Assembly: GCA_031409275.1 (NCBI GenBank)
Contig: JANNXA010000051.1
Location: 256,001-320,000 of the forward strand
Reading direction: 5' to 3'
DNA: 64,000 nt
Source: Planctomycetota bacterium
Lineage (GTDB): Bacteria > Planctomycetota > B15-G4 > SIAN01
The position numbers and the translations under genes were made by a program. Positions 37,092 to 46,348 of the stretch are shown piece by piece (position 1 is the stretch's first letter; each line of letters starts with the position of its first letter). The notes under the pieces are model-generated. The model was not told the origin of the DNA. It saw only the letters and a list, made by a program, of their open reading frames with translations, and ran no database searches.

Positions 37092-37840
37092 TGGCCCGCA
37101 AGAAGAAGCACGAGGAGCACGAGAACGCCGAACGTTGGCTGGTCTCGTACGCCGACTTCATCACGCTGTTGTTCGCGTTCTTCACGGTGCTCTACGCGAT
37201 GGGGCAAAACGAGAAGGGCAAGATGCAACAGGCGATGCAGAGCATTCGCGCGTCCTTCCTGAGCGGCGGCGGCCTCTTCTCCGACGACGGCAATACCTTC
37301 CTTCCCAACCTCCGTCCGGGCGCAGAGGGCGCGAACGAAGGCGCGAACAGCACCGATGCGGCGCTCGACAAGATCGCCGCGAGCCTCGCCGAGACTCGCA
37401 GCGGCGCCGCCGACGCCAACCAGGGTGGCGCCCCGTTCGAGGTCACCCGCGCCGAGGGCGGCCTGCTGGTCCGCCTCAACGACGAGGTCAGCTTCAAGCC
37501 GGGCCGCGGCGAGCTCAACGCCGAGGCGAAGAAGACGCTCGAGCAGCTCGGGACCAAGGTTCGCGACCTCGGCGTCCCGGTCGAGGTGACCGGGTACGCC
37601 GCGCGCGACGCCTACACCTCCGACCCCAAGGCATGGAACCTCGCGCTGCAGCGCGCGGTGAGCGTCGCCTCGTTCATGGCGAGCACCGTCCCGTTCTTCC
37701 CGGAAGGCTTGAAAGTCGGCGCGAAGACCGAGCCGGCGATCGGGCGCGGCGCTTCGCAGTCGAGCCACCGTCGCGTGGAGATCTTCCTCAAGGTCTCCGA
37801 TCAGGACGTCACCCGGCTCGTCTCCTCGATCGGCGGCTAG
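37091..37840 (+). CDS. motB: Flagellar stator protein MotB (OmpA-like C-terminus)
   Basis: HENAERWLVSYADFITLLFAFFTVLY with the conserved Asp, WNLALQRA, HRRVEI. Confidence 0.93.
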   Translation: MARKKKHEEHENAERWLVSYADFITLLFAFFTVLYAMGQNEKGKMQQAMQSIRASFLSGGGLFSDDGNTFLPNLRPGAEGANEGANSTDAALDKIAASLAETRSGAADANQGGAPFEVTRAEGGLLVRLNDEVSFKPGRGELNAEAKKTLEQLGTKVRDLGVPVEVTGYAARDAYTSDPKAWNLALQRAVSVASFMASTVPFFPEGLKVGAKTEPAIGRGASQSSHRRVEIFLKVSDQDVTRLVSSIGG

Positions 37841-37890
37841 CGCGAGGCTCGACCGAGTCGCGCCAGGCCGCAGCCGTCGCGTTCGAACCC

Positions 37891-39774
37891 TCACCCCCCG
37901 CCCGCGTAGCCGATCCCCGCAAGCTCCGGGTTGGCGCTCAGGTCGCGTGCATCGATCGCGTTCGGGTGCGGCGTCATGCCGGCGAACGCCTCGCGCAACG
38001 CCGTCTCGAAGGCGGCCACGACGTCGGGTTGCGCCACGGCGAGGTCGTTCTCTTCGCGCGGATCGGCGATCCAATCGAACAGCTGCGCGGCGCGCCTCTC
38101 GTGCCCCACGTAGTGCCAGCGGCCGCGCACGAGCGAGCGCATCGCTCCGTCGTAGCACGGACGGCGGCGGTATTCGGGCCACGGATGGCGCGCAAGTTCG
38201 CCGACCACCAGCGGCAGCGAGTCGGGATCGCCCGCCTCGCCACCGCGGAGCCACGGCGTCAATGACGCTTCCGGGAAGGCCGCGCTCGGCAGACCGGCCA
38301 GATCGAGCAGCGTCGTGGTCACCGAGGCGAGGCTCACCGGAGTCGATACGACCGCCCCCGCCTCGACCACGCCGGGCGCGCGCACGACCAGCGGCACGTG
38401 GAGCGTCTCGCGATGGAGCGAGCCGCGGTGCAGTCGCGCGCCGCGCTCGCCGAACGATTCGCCATGGTCGCTGGTGACGACGATCACGGCGCGTTCCAGA
38501 CGGCCGCGCCGCGCGAGCTCCTCGGCAAGGCGTGACAGCTCGAGGTCCATCGCCAGCACGCACTCGTCGTAGCGACGCGCCTCCTCGGCGATCTGCGCAT
38601 CGTTCCACGGACGATCCTCACCCGCCGCCAGCGGCGGCATCGGGGCCGGCGCGACGCCATCGCCGCGGAAGCGACCGCGCGTCGATGGCGGCGGCTCGTA
38701 CGGATCGTGCGCGTCGAACAGGTTCAACATCGCGAAGAAGGGGCGCTGCGGATCGCCATCGATCCAATCGAGGCAGGCGTCGACGACGGCGGCGGCCGGC
38801 TTGCGCAGCAGGTGGTTGCGCGTGCGCGTGCCCATCCGTTCGAGCGTCTCGCGGCCCGCCAGCGTCGCGGCGAGGCGCGCCGTCCACGACCAGCCGAAGT
38901 CGGAGAAGACCTCGAAGCCGCGCCCGAACCCGAATCCCGTGTGGAAGAAACAGAGGTTGGCCGAGAAGGCACCGGTCCGGTAGCCGTGCTCGGCGAAGCT
39001 CTCCGGCAGCAGCGGCAGCGACCCATCGAGCGGTCCAAGCAGCGCGCCATGCTCGAACGGCAGGCGCCCCGTCAGCAGCGACGCATGCGCCGGCAAGGTC
39101 CAGCTCGAGGTCGAGAAGCAGGCGTCGAAGCGCGTCGCTTCGGCGACGAGGCGCTCGAGCCACGGCGTCGTCGGACGTAAATATCCGTACGCCGAGAGGT
39201 GATCGGCGCGCACCGTGTCCAGCACCACCAGCACGACGTCGCGCGGCGCGCTCGGTGGCGGCGACTTCGGCGCGTGGCGCGAGCGAGCGCCCCCCCATTC
39301 GACCACCCCCATCAGCAACAAGCCGACCGCGATCAGCAGCGGCAGCATGAGGCGCGCCGCGCGGACGAGCCGCTCGCCCCGACGGCGCAGCAGCGCAAAG
39401 GCCGCCGCGCCCACCGCCAGTGCAACGCCAGTGGCGATCAGCCGCGACCATTCGTGCGTCAGGCGGCACCAGTCCCAAGCCAGCAGCGCGATGGCAGCCG
39501 CGGCGCACGGCACGACCCGCTCGCGGACGCGCACGAGGCGCAACAGCAGGTGCAGCAACCACGCCACCAGCCCGAAGAGGAGCCCGTCGACCAGCGGCGC
39601 GACCCACAAGATCTCGCGTCCGCACGAATAGGTGATCGGCCACTGCGAGCGGCGCGCCGCCTGCGCGGCGAGCAGGCCCGCCGCCTCGCCCATGCCGGCC
39701 AGCAGCCCGACCGTGGTGCCGACTCGCCAGGAATCGAACGCGCGCTCGCCCGCACATTTCAGCGTCGTCGCCAT
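37891..39774 (-). CDS. Membrane-anchored sulfatase-fold hydrolase/transferase (TLPAH)
   Basis: VLDTVRAD, WTLPAHASLLTG, NLFDAHDPY, TSDHGE, C-terminal AGIGY. Confidence 0.9.
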   Translation of the reverse strand: MATTLKCAGERAFDSWRVGTTVGLLAGMGEAAGLLAAQAARRSQWPITYSCGREILWVAPLVDGLLFGLVAWLLHLLLRLVRVRERVVPCAAAAIALLAWDWCRLTHEWSRLIATGVALAVGAAAFALLRRRGERLVRAARLMLPLLIAVGLLLMGVVEWGGARSRHAPKSPPPSAPRDVVLVVLDTVRADHLSAYGYLRPTTPWLERLVAEATRFDACFSTSSWTLPAHASLLTGRLPFEHGALLGPLDGSLPLLPESFAEHGYRTGAFSANLCFFHTGFGFGRGFEVFSDFGWSWTARLAATLAGRETLERMGTRTRNHLLRKPAAAVVDACLDWIDGDPQRPFFAMLNLFDAHDPYEPPPSTRGRFRGDGVAPAPMPPLAAGEDRPWNDAQIAEEARRYDECVLAMDLELSRLAEELARRGRLERAVIVVTSDHGESFGERGARLHRGSLHRETLHVPLVVRAPGVVEAGAVVSTPVSLASVTTTLLDLAGLPSAAFPEASLTPWLRGGEAGDPDSLPLVVGELARHPWPEYRRRPCYDGAMRSLVRGRWHYVGHERRAAQLFDWIADPREENDLAVAQPDVVAAFETALREAFAGMTPHPNAIDARDLSANPELAGIGYAGGG

Positions 39775-39776
39775 CG

Positions 39777-41732
39777 TCAGCGCTTCCCGTTCACGTAGCC
39801 AAGCGCCTTCAACGCCTCGAGGTCGGCTTCCGGCGCATCGGGATCCTGCGGCGGCGCGAACGGCGGTCCGTGGTAGGCGGGCAGCCGCGCCAGCGCTTCA
39901 TCGAGCGAACGGGAGAGCGCCGCGCACCACTCCGGCTCCGTCGCCGCGAGGTCGACCTGCTCGGTCGGGTCCGCGCGCGGATCGAACAACGCGTCGATGC
40001 GCACGCCTTGCAGCGTGCGGCGCACCAGCTTGCGCTGGCCATCGTCGATCGAGCGCAGCACGGCGGTCAGGTCGACCACGTCGCGATTGAAGCCGCGCGC
40101 ATGCGAGAGCATCTCGAGGTGGCCGAGGTAGGGATCGCCGAAGCCCAGCACCGCGTCGCGCGCGACGAAGCGACCCGGCAGGAGGCTCGCGCCGTCGCTC
40201 TCCTCGCAGAGCGGGCCGTCGGGCTGCGGTCGCGCCACCTCGAGGAAGGTCGGCGCCAGATCGACGAGCTGGCAGCTGCCCGTGACGCGAGTGCCGGCCG
40301 GGATCGTCGGCGGATGACGAATCGCGAGCGGGACGTGCAGCAGCGCGTCGTTCACGGCGAAGACGTGGTCGAAACGGCCGCCGTCGCCGAGGTTCTCGCC
40401 GTGATCGGCGGTGATGGCGACCAAGGTGCGCTCGCGGCCGAGGTGGCGATCGATCGATCCGAGCAGCTGCCCCAACTGCTCGTCCTGGTACTGGGTCGCC
40501 GCCGCGTAGAGCAGGCGCAGCGACTCCTGCAGCGGCCCGGCGAACGGCTTGCCCGCCATCTGCATCGGGCCGTAGTAGCGCCGCGACACGTCGGTCGCGG
40601 TCAGGAGCCGTGAACGCGTCCCCGCCTGCTCGAGACGCTGCAGCAGCGGCGGCAGGAAGCGCCAGTGCGTCTCCATCAGGTTGAGGAAGAGGAAGAGCGG
40701 GCGCTCCGAATCGCGCTCGTACGCGAGGAAGCGCTCGACGCGCGCGACGGCGTCGCTGGCACCGTGGTCGCAGAAGCGCGCCGGCCAGCCGAGCAGTTCG
40801 AAGAGCGGCTGCAACGCGAGGCTGCGCGCGTCGCTGCCGAGCGGCTGCGCGACTTCGAAGCCCTGCAGGAGCTGCGTCTCGAACAGGTACTCGTTGGCGA
40901 CGAAGGCGGCGCACTGGTAGTCGGCGCGATCGCGCAGCGCCTCGGCCAGCGTCGTGAAGCCGGCATCGAGCCAGCGATGGTGCTCGAAGCTGCAGCCGTG
41001 GCTCGGCGGAAAGAGGCCGGTGAAGAGCGACGCGTGCGCCGGCACCGTCCACGGCGCCGGCGAATAGCAGCGTTCGTAGAGGGCGCCCGCGCGCGCGAAC
41101 TCATCGAAATGGGGCGTCAGGCGGCCTTCATGGCCATAGGCGCCAAGGAAGTCGGAACGCTGCGTGTCGAGCACGATCAAGACCTGGTCCGGGCGGCCGC
41201 CATCGCGTGGCGCGACGCTCGCCGCCGCCACCGAATCGGCGCGGCGCAGGAGCGGTGGCGCCGCCAGCAACACGATCAGCGACGCCAGCGCGAAACGCCG
41301 ACGCCGCCGCCACGGCAGCGCCGCCGCGAAGGTCTCGCGGCGCCAGGAGGGGAGCGCGGTGGCGGTGACGGCCACGAGCGCCGCCCCCACCAGCGGCAGC
41401 GGCCAGGCGCCGAACTCGCGCAACACGAGCAGCGACGCCACCGTCGCCACCCACGCCAGCAGCAGCGCCGATCGCCCGCGCCGCAGCCACGGCGCCAGAA
41501 GGAGAATCGCCACGACCAGCACGGGGAGCGTGGCGAGCGTCGCGACGCCTGCGAAGAGCGCGTAGAGGCCGACTGCCGTGAGCTGCTTGTCGAGCGTGCT
41601 CGCGCGCGCATGCAGCAGCACATCGACGACACCGACCGCGACGCCTCCGAGCAGGGCCACGAGCAGGAGTCGACCGAGCAGCGCGACGAAGTTGCAGCGC
41701 GCGGGGGCGGTGTTCAGCGGCGCTTCGCTCAC
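39777..41732 (-). CDS. Membrane-anchored sulfatase-fold hydrolase/transferase (TVPAH)
   Basis: VLDTQRSD, WTVPAHASLFTG, NLMETH, TADHGE, C-terminal LKALGY. Confidence 0.9.
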   Translation of the reverse strand: MSEAPLNTAPARCNFVALLGRLLLVALLGGVAVGVVDVLLHARASTLDKQLTAVGLYALFAGVATLATLPVLVVAILLLAPWLRRGRSALLLAWVATVASLLVLREFGAWPLPLVGAALVAVTATALPSWRRETFAAALPWRRRRRFALASLIVLLAAPPLLRRADSVAAASVAPRDGGRPDQVLIVLDTQRSDFLGAYGHEGRLTPHFDEFARAGALYERCYSPAPWTVPAHASLFTGLFPPSHGCSFEHHRWLDAGFTTLAEALRDRADYQCAAFVANEYLFETQLLQGFEVAQPLGSDARSLALQPLFELLGWPARFCDHGASDAVARVERFLAYERDSERPLFLFLNLMETHWRFLPPLLQRLEQAGTRSRLLTATDVSRRYYGPMQMAGKPFAGPLQESLRLLYAAATQYQDEQLGQLLGSIDRHLGRERTLVAITADHGENLGDGGRFDHVFAVNDALLHVPLAIRHPPTIPAGTRVTGSCQLVDLAPTFLEVARPQPDGPLCEESDGASLLPGRFVARDAVLGFGDPYLGHLEMLSHARGFNRDVVDLTAVLRSIDDGQRKLVRRTLQGVRIDALFDPRADPTEQVDLAATEPEWCAALSRSLDEALARLPAYHGPPFAPPQDPDAPEADLEALKALGYVNGKR

Positions 41733-43468
41733 GGCGACGATCTCCAGAGGAACGCGCGAATCGCGCCCGCCTCGAACACCGGCTTACCGTAGCGCGCGAC
41801 CAACGTCGCCTCGCGCGTCGCATCGACCTCATCGGCCACCAGGAAGAGCGGCCGCGAGAACGCCGCGAGAGCGCTCTCCTCTTCGATCGGGATCGGCCCG
41901 CCGGCGAGCAGCGCGCGCGTCAGTGCCGCCCGATGCGGCGCCTCGGGGTTCGCGGCGACGAGGTAATGGGTCGCGTAGTCCGTGAAGAGGGCGCGTCCGG
42001 TCAGCGCGGGCAGCTCGGAGGTGTTGCCCGTGGCCATCCGTCCCCGCAGGCCGGCATCACGCACCACCACCGCGTCGCGCGGCGTGCCGTCGCGGACCCA
42101 GCGCAGGAGCTGCGCCTCGGCGTCGCCCTCGCGCGTCCCGTCGCCTTCGCGCTCGAGACGCCCGTCGATGAGCACGAGAGGCAAGGGTGCGCGGCCGCGG
42201 TAGCTCCACAGCACGATCGCGAGCGTCGGTGCGAACGCCGCGAAGAGCAGCAGGGCGCGGCGACGCGTCTGGCGCGGCACCGCGAGCGCATCCATCACGC
42301 CGCGCGGCCGCGGCAGCACGAAGCCAGCCGCCGGGACGCTGAGCAGGACGCACGCCGCGTGGAAGAAGTTGTCCTCGTTGCCGACCGGCAGCGCCAGGCA
42401 ACCCGTGGCCAGCAGCAGCGGCAGCGAAGCGAGCAGGAGCGCGTTCATCAGCGTCCGCGGCGCACCGCCCGCGCGCTTGGCGCCAAACCACGCCGCCACG
42501 AAGAGGAGCCCGCCCGAAGCCGCCATTCCCAGCAGGCGCGTCGTCTGCAGGCGCAGCGCGCCACCGGCATCGCCGCGCCCGAACAGGTGGAGCCACCAGG
42601 GCGAGCTCGCCAGGCAACCGGCGACGAGCGCCATGCCAAGCGCCAGCGCTCGCCGCAGCGGAAACCAGCAGTTCGGCTGCCGCCGCTCTTGCCATGCCGC
42701 TCCGAACAGTCCAAACGCCAGCGCCGCGCCACCGGCGAGGCCGGTGATCGGGCTGAAGAGCGTGCACAACGCCGAAGCGGAGGCGACGCCGGCGAGCGCC
42801 AGCCGGCCGGGCCGCAACGCCGCGAGCACCACCATCAGCACGCACGCCAGCAGCGCTGCGAGCGCGGCCGGACGCGCGGTCAGGTTCACGAAGTAGCTCG
42901 CCAACGGGCCGAGCGTCGCGAAGGGATCGCCGATCCTCATCGCGCCAAGCGCGGGGTGGCACAGCCCCCACAAGTAGTCGCCATCGGCGCAAAATCCCGC
43001 CTTCGTGAAGAGAGCGGCACCGTGCTTCCACCAGCGTGCCAGCAGCACCAGCGGCCCGAACGGATGGGCACCGGCAAAGAGCAGGAAGGAGAGCGCGACG
43101 CCGGCAAGTTCGCTGCGCAACAGCACGCGACCGAGCGCGCCGCCGATCAACACGACCGCCGCCGCCGCCACCAGCGCGATCCACTCGAACGCATCGATCA
43201 GCGGTGCGCCGGTGAGCGACGCCGCGTCGAGCGCTACTTCATGGAAGAAGTAGTAGTAGGGCAGCGGCGTTCCCGCGAAGAGCGGGTTCTCGGGTGGATC
43301 GGGCCAGAGCGTCGGCTCGGTCGCCCGATTCGCGCAGCTCTGCGCGATCGCGACGTGCAGCAGTCCGTGGGCCGAGAGGCGCGTGCGCATGCTGTCGTGG
43401 CGCACCCAGGCGAACAGCACGACCCAGGCAAATGCCAGCAACAGGGTGCGCAGCAGGCCGCGAGTCAT
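41729..43468 (-). CDS. Polytopic membrane protein, probable GT-C-like transferase
   Basis: 'PPENPLFAGTPLPYYYFFH', about 12 TM segments, C-terminal 'WVRDGTPRDAVV..LPALTGR'. Coupled to neighbours by ATGA/GTGA overlaps. Confidence 0.65.
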   Translation of the reverse strand: MTRGLLRTLLLAFAWVVLFAWVRHDSMRTRLSAHGLLHVAIAQSCANRATEPTLWPDPPENPLFAGTPLPYYYFFHEVALDAASLTGAPLIDAFEWIALVAAAAVVLIGGALGRVLLRSELAGVALSFLLFAGAHPFGPLVLLARWWKHGAALFTKAGFCADGDYLWGLCHPALGAMRIGDPFATLGPLASYFVNLTARPAALAALLACVLMVVLAALRPGRLALAGVASASALCTLFSPITGLAGGAALAFGLFGAAWQERRQPNCWFPLRRALALGMALVAGCLASSPWWLHLFGRGDAGGALRLQTTRLLGMAASGGLLFVAAWFGAKRAGGAPRTLMNALLLASLPLLLATGCLALPVGNEDNFFHAACVLLSVPAAGFVLPRPRGVMDALAVPRQTRRRALLLFAAFAPTLAIVLWSYRGRAPLPLVLIDGRLEREGDGTREGDAEAQLLRWVRDGTPRDAVVVRDAGLRGRMATGNTSELPALTGRALFTDYATHYLVAANPEAPHRAALTRALLAGGPIPIEEESALAAFSRPLFLVADEVDATREATLVARYGKPVFEAGAIRAFLWRSSP

Positions 43469-44757
43469 CGCGCGGCCCCGGACCGATCGCCGGCGGGCGC
43501 ATCGAGACGCGCGACGAGCTCGCGGCGACCGCCTGCTTCCGCAGCGCGACGCACGACGTCGAGGTAGCGCGGGAGCACCGCCGATTCGCTCCAGTGGTCG
43601 ACGTAGGCGCGCCAGCCGTTTTGGCCGTAGCGAGCGCGCAACGCCGCGTCGCCCTGGAGACGCGCGAGCGCCGCGACGAGCTCCTCCGACGTGGTGAAGA
43701 GCTCGCCGGCCTGCGCCTTCTCGACGATCTCGGGGAACGGCCCGAGGCGCCGCGCGACCACCGGAATGCCCTGCTGGAACGCCTCGATGAGGATGATGCC
43801 GAAGGTCTCGTAGCAGACGCTCGGCACCACCAACGCGACCGCGTTGCGATACCAGCGCGACAGCTCCTCGAAGGCGACGCGGCCAAGGAAGCGGACGCGC
43901 TCGCATCCTTGCGCGAGTTCCTTCAAGACCGCGGCATGTTCGCCATCGCCCGCGATCACCAGGTCCGCCTCGGTGATCCGATCGCGAAACAGCGGGATCA
44001 CGTCGTCGAGGCCCTTGATGCGCTCGAGGCGCCCCACGAAGAGGAAGTAGGGGCGCGCGTGCGGCGAGGGCCCGGGCGCCGGTGGCGGCCCGATCGCGCC
44101 TGGCGGCGGATCGGGAAGGAAGTAGTTCACGACCTCCATCTCGCGCGGGAAGCCGAACTCGGCGTGCTTCGCGCGGCTGAACTGGCTCATGGCGATGAAG
44201 GCGTCGACGTGGTGCAGCTCGCGCTCGAGGTAGCCGGTCGATCGCCACAGCTGCGGCGGACGGCGATACGACAGCACGCACTTCAAGCACTCGCGCCCGG
44301 TGCAGAGCTCCTTGCCGTGGCGCCACAGCACGTGCGACGGGCAGACCAGCCAGTGCTCGTGCGCCATGTAGAGCTTGAGCGCGTCGCCGTACTTGAGCAG
44401 CCCCGGCCCGCCCACCAGCGAGAGGTTGTGGAAGTTGATCACGTCGAAGCGGCCTTCGCGCAGCAGTCGAGCGATGCGCCGGCCATGCACCACCGGCCGC
44501 CCGAACTGCTGCGTGAGCAGGTTGCTGGCGAGGCCGAAGCGCGACCGCAGCGACACCACTTCCAATCCGGGCGGATGCACCTTCGGGGCCGGCTCGCGAC
44601 CAGGCGCGAGGTTTCGCCACGCGTCTTCGTCGTGGATGACGGTGACGTGGTGGCCGCGTCGCAGCAGCCCATGGCAGAGGCGCTCGATGCCGATGCCGTC
44701 GCCGCCGAAGTTGAACGGCGGAAAGAACGTGGTGACCATCGCGAAGCGCAGGCTCAC
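43465..44757 (-). CDS. Glycosyltransferase family 4
   Basis: FFPP.NFGG, FVGRLERIKG, PSVCYETFGIILIEAF..PVV motifs. GTG start overlaps the upstream stop. Confidence 0.92.
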   Translation of the reverse strand: MSLRFAMVTTFFPPFNFGGDGIGIERLCHGLLRRGHHVTVIHDEDAWRNLAPGREPAPKVHPPGLEVVSLRSRFGLASNLLTQQFGRPVVHGRRIARLLREGRFDVINFHNLSLVGGPGLLKYGDALKLYMAHEHWLVCPSHVLWRHGKELCTGRECLKCVLSYRRPPQLWRSTGYLERELHHVDAFIAMSQFSRAKHAEFGFPREMEVVNYFLPDPPPGAIGPPPAPGPSPHARPYFLFVGRLERIKGLDDVIPLFRDRITEADLVIAGDGEHAAVLKELAQGCERVRFLGRVAFEELSRWYRNAVALVVPSVCYETFGIILIEAFQQGIPVVARRLGPFPEIVEKAQAGELFTTSEELVAALARLQGDAALRARYGQNGWRAYVDHWSESAVLPRYLDVVRRAAEAGGRRELVARLDAPAGDRSGAAR

Positions 44758-46313
44758 GCGCGCTCCTCCGCGCCGCGCGCCAGGTCGCGCCAGGACCACG
44801 CGACCACCATCGCCGTGAGCGCGAGCAGCAGCGGCGCCACGAGCGGCGCCCATCCCGGCCCACCCGATGGCTGTGTCTGCCGCCACACCGTGAACCAGGG
44901 GAGCTGCGGGCCGCGCTCGAAGAGCGCGCTCCAGGAACGGGCCACGGTCGACTCGGCGAAGAGGTGCGGCTCGGTCGGCGGCGTGAAGCGCGCCATCGCC
45001 AGCACCAGCGAGTGCAGCGCGAAGGGGGCGACGAGCCACGCGACGCGTCGTGCCGGCCAGCGCACGAACGGCGGCACGGCCAGCAGCGCCAGCAGCGGCG
45101 CCAACGGCGCGAGGCAGCGAAAACCGGTGTTCCACTGCAGTCGCGCGAACTGGTTGGCGGCGCTGAACAACAGGAACGCGAGCGCGAAGAGCAGCACGAA
45201 GGCGCGCTCGCCGCGGGTCAGGAACGCGGGCGTCGCGGCGTTCGCAGCGGCCGACGGCGCCGCTTGCGACGCACGCCACGGCAGCAGCGCGAGCAGCAGC
45301 AGCGGCGCGAACGCGAACAGCCCGTAGCTCGGATCGAAGAGATTCTTCCAGAGGAGGTCGGGCGTCGGCCAGGAGAAGCCGTGGTAGCCGGCGACGCTGA
45401 AGTGGGCGTCCGGCATCCAGTGCTGCGCCGGCTTGAAGGGATCGCCGAACTGCCACCACTGGGTGAAGAAGAGCAGCAGCAGAGGCGGCAGCGCGCCGAG
45501 CGCGAAGGGCAGCGCTCGGCGCCACGCCGCGCGCAGGCCGCCTTCGCGCAGCGCCTCGATCAGCAGCGCGAGCCCGAACGCGGCGACGACCACGGTCCCC
45601 GAGTAGTCGAACAGCAGCGTGCCCGCCGCGCAGGCGCCGGCCGCCGCGAGGCGCCACGAGCCGCGCACGCCGGCGCCGGCCGCTTCGGCCGCGAAGGGTC
45701 GCAGCAGCACGAACGCCGCGAAGGTGAGCAGCGCCTCGAGCTGGTTGTGGTTCAGCAACGCGCTGCGAAACAGCAGCGGGGTGGCGAGCGGGAAGAGCAG
45801 GGCCAACAGCGCCGCGCGTCGAGCCGCGACCCCGCGTCGCAGCAGCTCGCCGTGGAAGAGCAGCGCGAGGAGCGCCGCCGCTGGCGCCATGACGAAGAGC
45901 GCCGTCAGCGCCGCGGCCGCACCGAGCCGCAGGTGGAGCCCGCGCCGACGCACCTCCGCCATGAAGGCGGCGCGGCGCTGATAGGCGCTGTCGAACTGAA
46001 CCGGCTCGTCCTTGGCGGCCGCCGCCTGCCGCTTGCCGATCGCCTCGAGCCAGTCGAGCAGCGGGCTCGCCAGCCACAGGACGGGCGCCGCCAGCAGCGA
46101 GGCGCCGACCTGGTTGTTCGCGTACCAGTGGCCGTCGGAATGGAGGAACAGGTCGGGATGGAGCCCCGCCCACTCATCGCACGCGAGCGTTCCGCGCTGC
46201 GCCAACGCGAAGGCCGGGTAGTGCTCGCGCACCAGGTTCGTCGCGAACAGCAGCGCCGCGACGACGCTGACCGTGGCGAACAGGCGCGCACGCACGAAAC
46301 GCAGCGGCCGCAT
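44754..46313 (-). CDS. Polytopic membrane protein, probable GT-C-like transferase
   Basis: About 11 TM segments, 'QFGDPF', 'LFDPSYGLFAFAPLL', 'GFRCLAP'. Confidence 0.62.
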   Translation of the reverse strand: MRPLRFVRARLFATVSVVAALLFATNLVREHYPAFALAQRGTLACDEWAGLHPDLFLHSDGHWYANNQVGASLLAAPVLWLASPLLDWLEAIGKRQAAAAKDEPVQFDSAYQRRAAFMAEVRRRGLHLRLGAAAALTALFVMAPAAALLALLFHGELLRRGVAARRAALLALLFPLATPLLFRSALLNHNQLEALLTFAAFVLLRPFAAEAAGAGVRGSWRLAAAGACAAGTLLFDYSGTVVVAAFGLALLIEALREGGLRAAWRRALPFALGALPPLLLLFFTQWWQFGDPFKPAQHWMPDAHFSVAGYHGFSWPTPDLLWKNLFDPSYGLFAFAPLLLLALLPWRASQAAPSAAANAATPAFLTRGERAFVLLFALAFLLFSAANQFARLQWNTGFRCLAPLAPLLALLAVPPFVRWPARRVAWLVAPFALHSLVLAMARFTPPTEPHLFAESTVARSWSALFERGPQLPWFTVWRQTQPSGGPGWAPLVAPLLLALTAMVVAWSWRDLARGAEERA

Positions 46314-46348
46314 CGTCGTGCGCCCCTCCCTCCAGCGCCGCGTGGCGC

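Noticed and set aside
36300..37840. MotAB-like Zorya (ZorAB) defence system or ExbBD/TolQR
   Set aside because: MotA is 263 aa with no long tail, has flagellar-type motifs and is coupled to flbD. No zorC/D/E genes are nearby.
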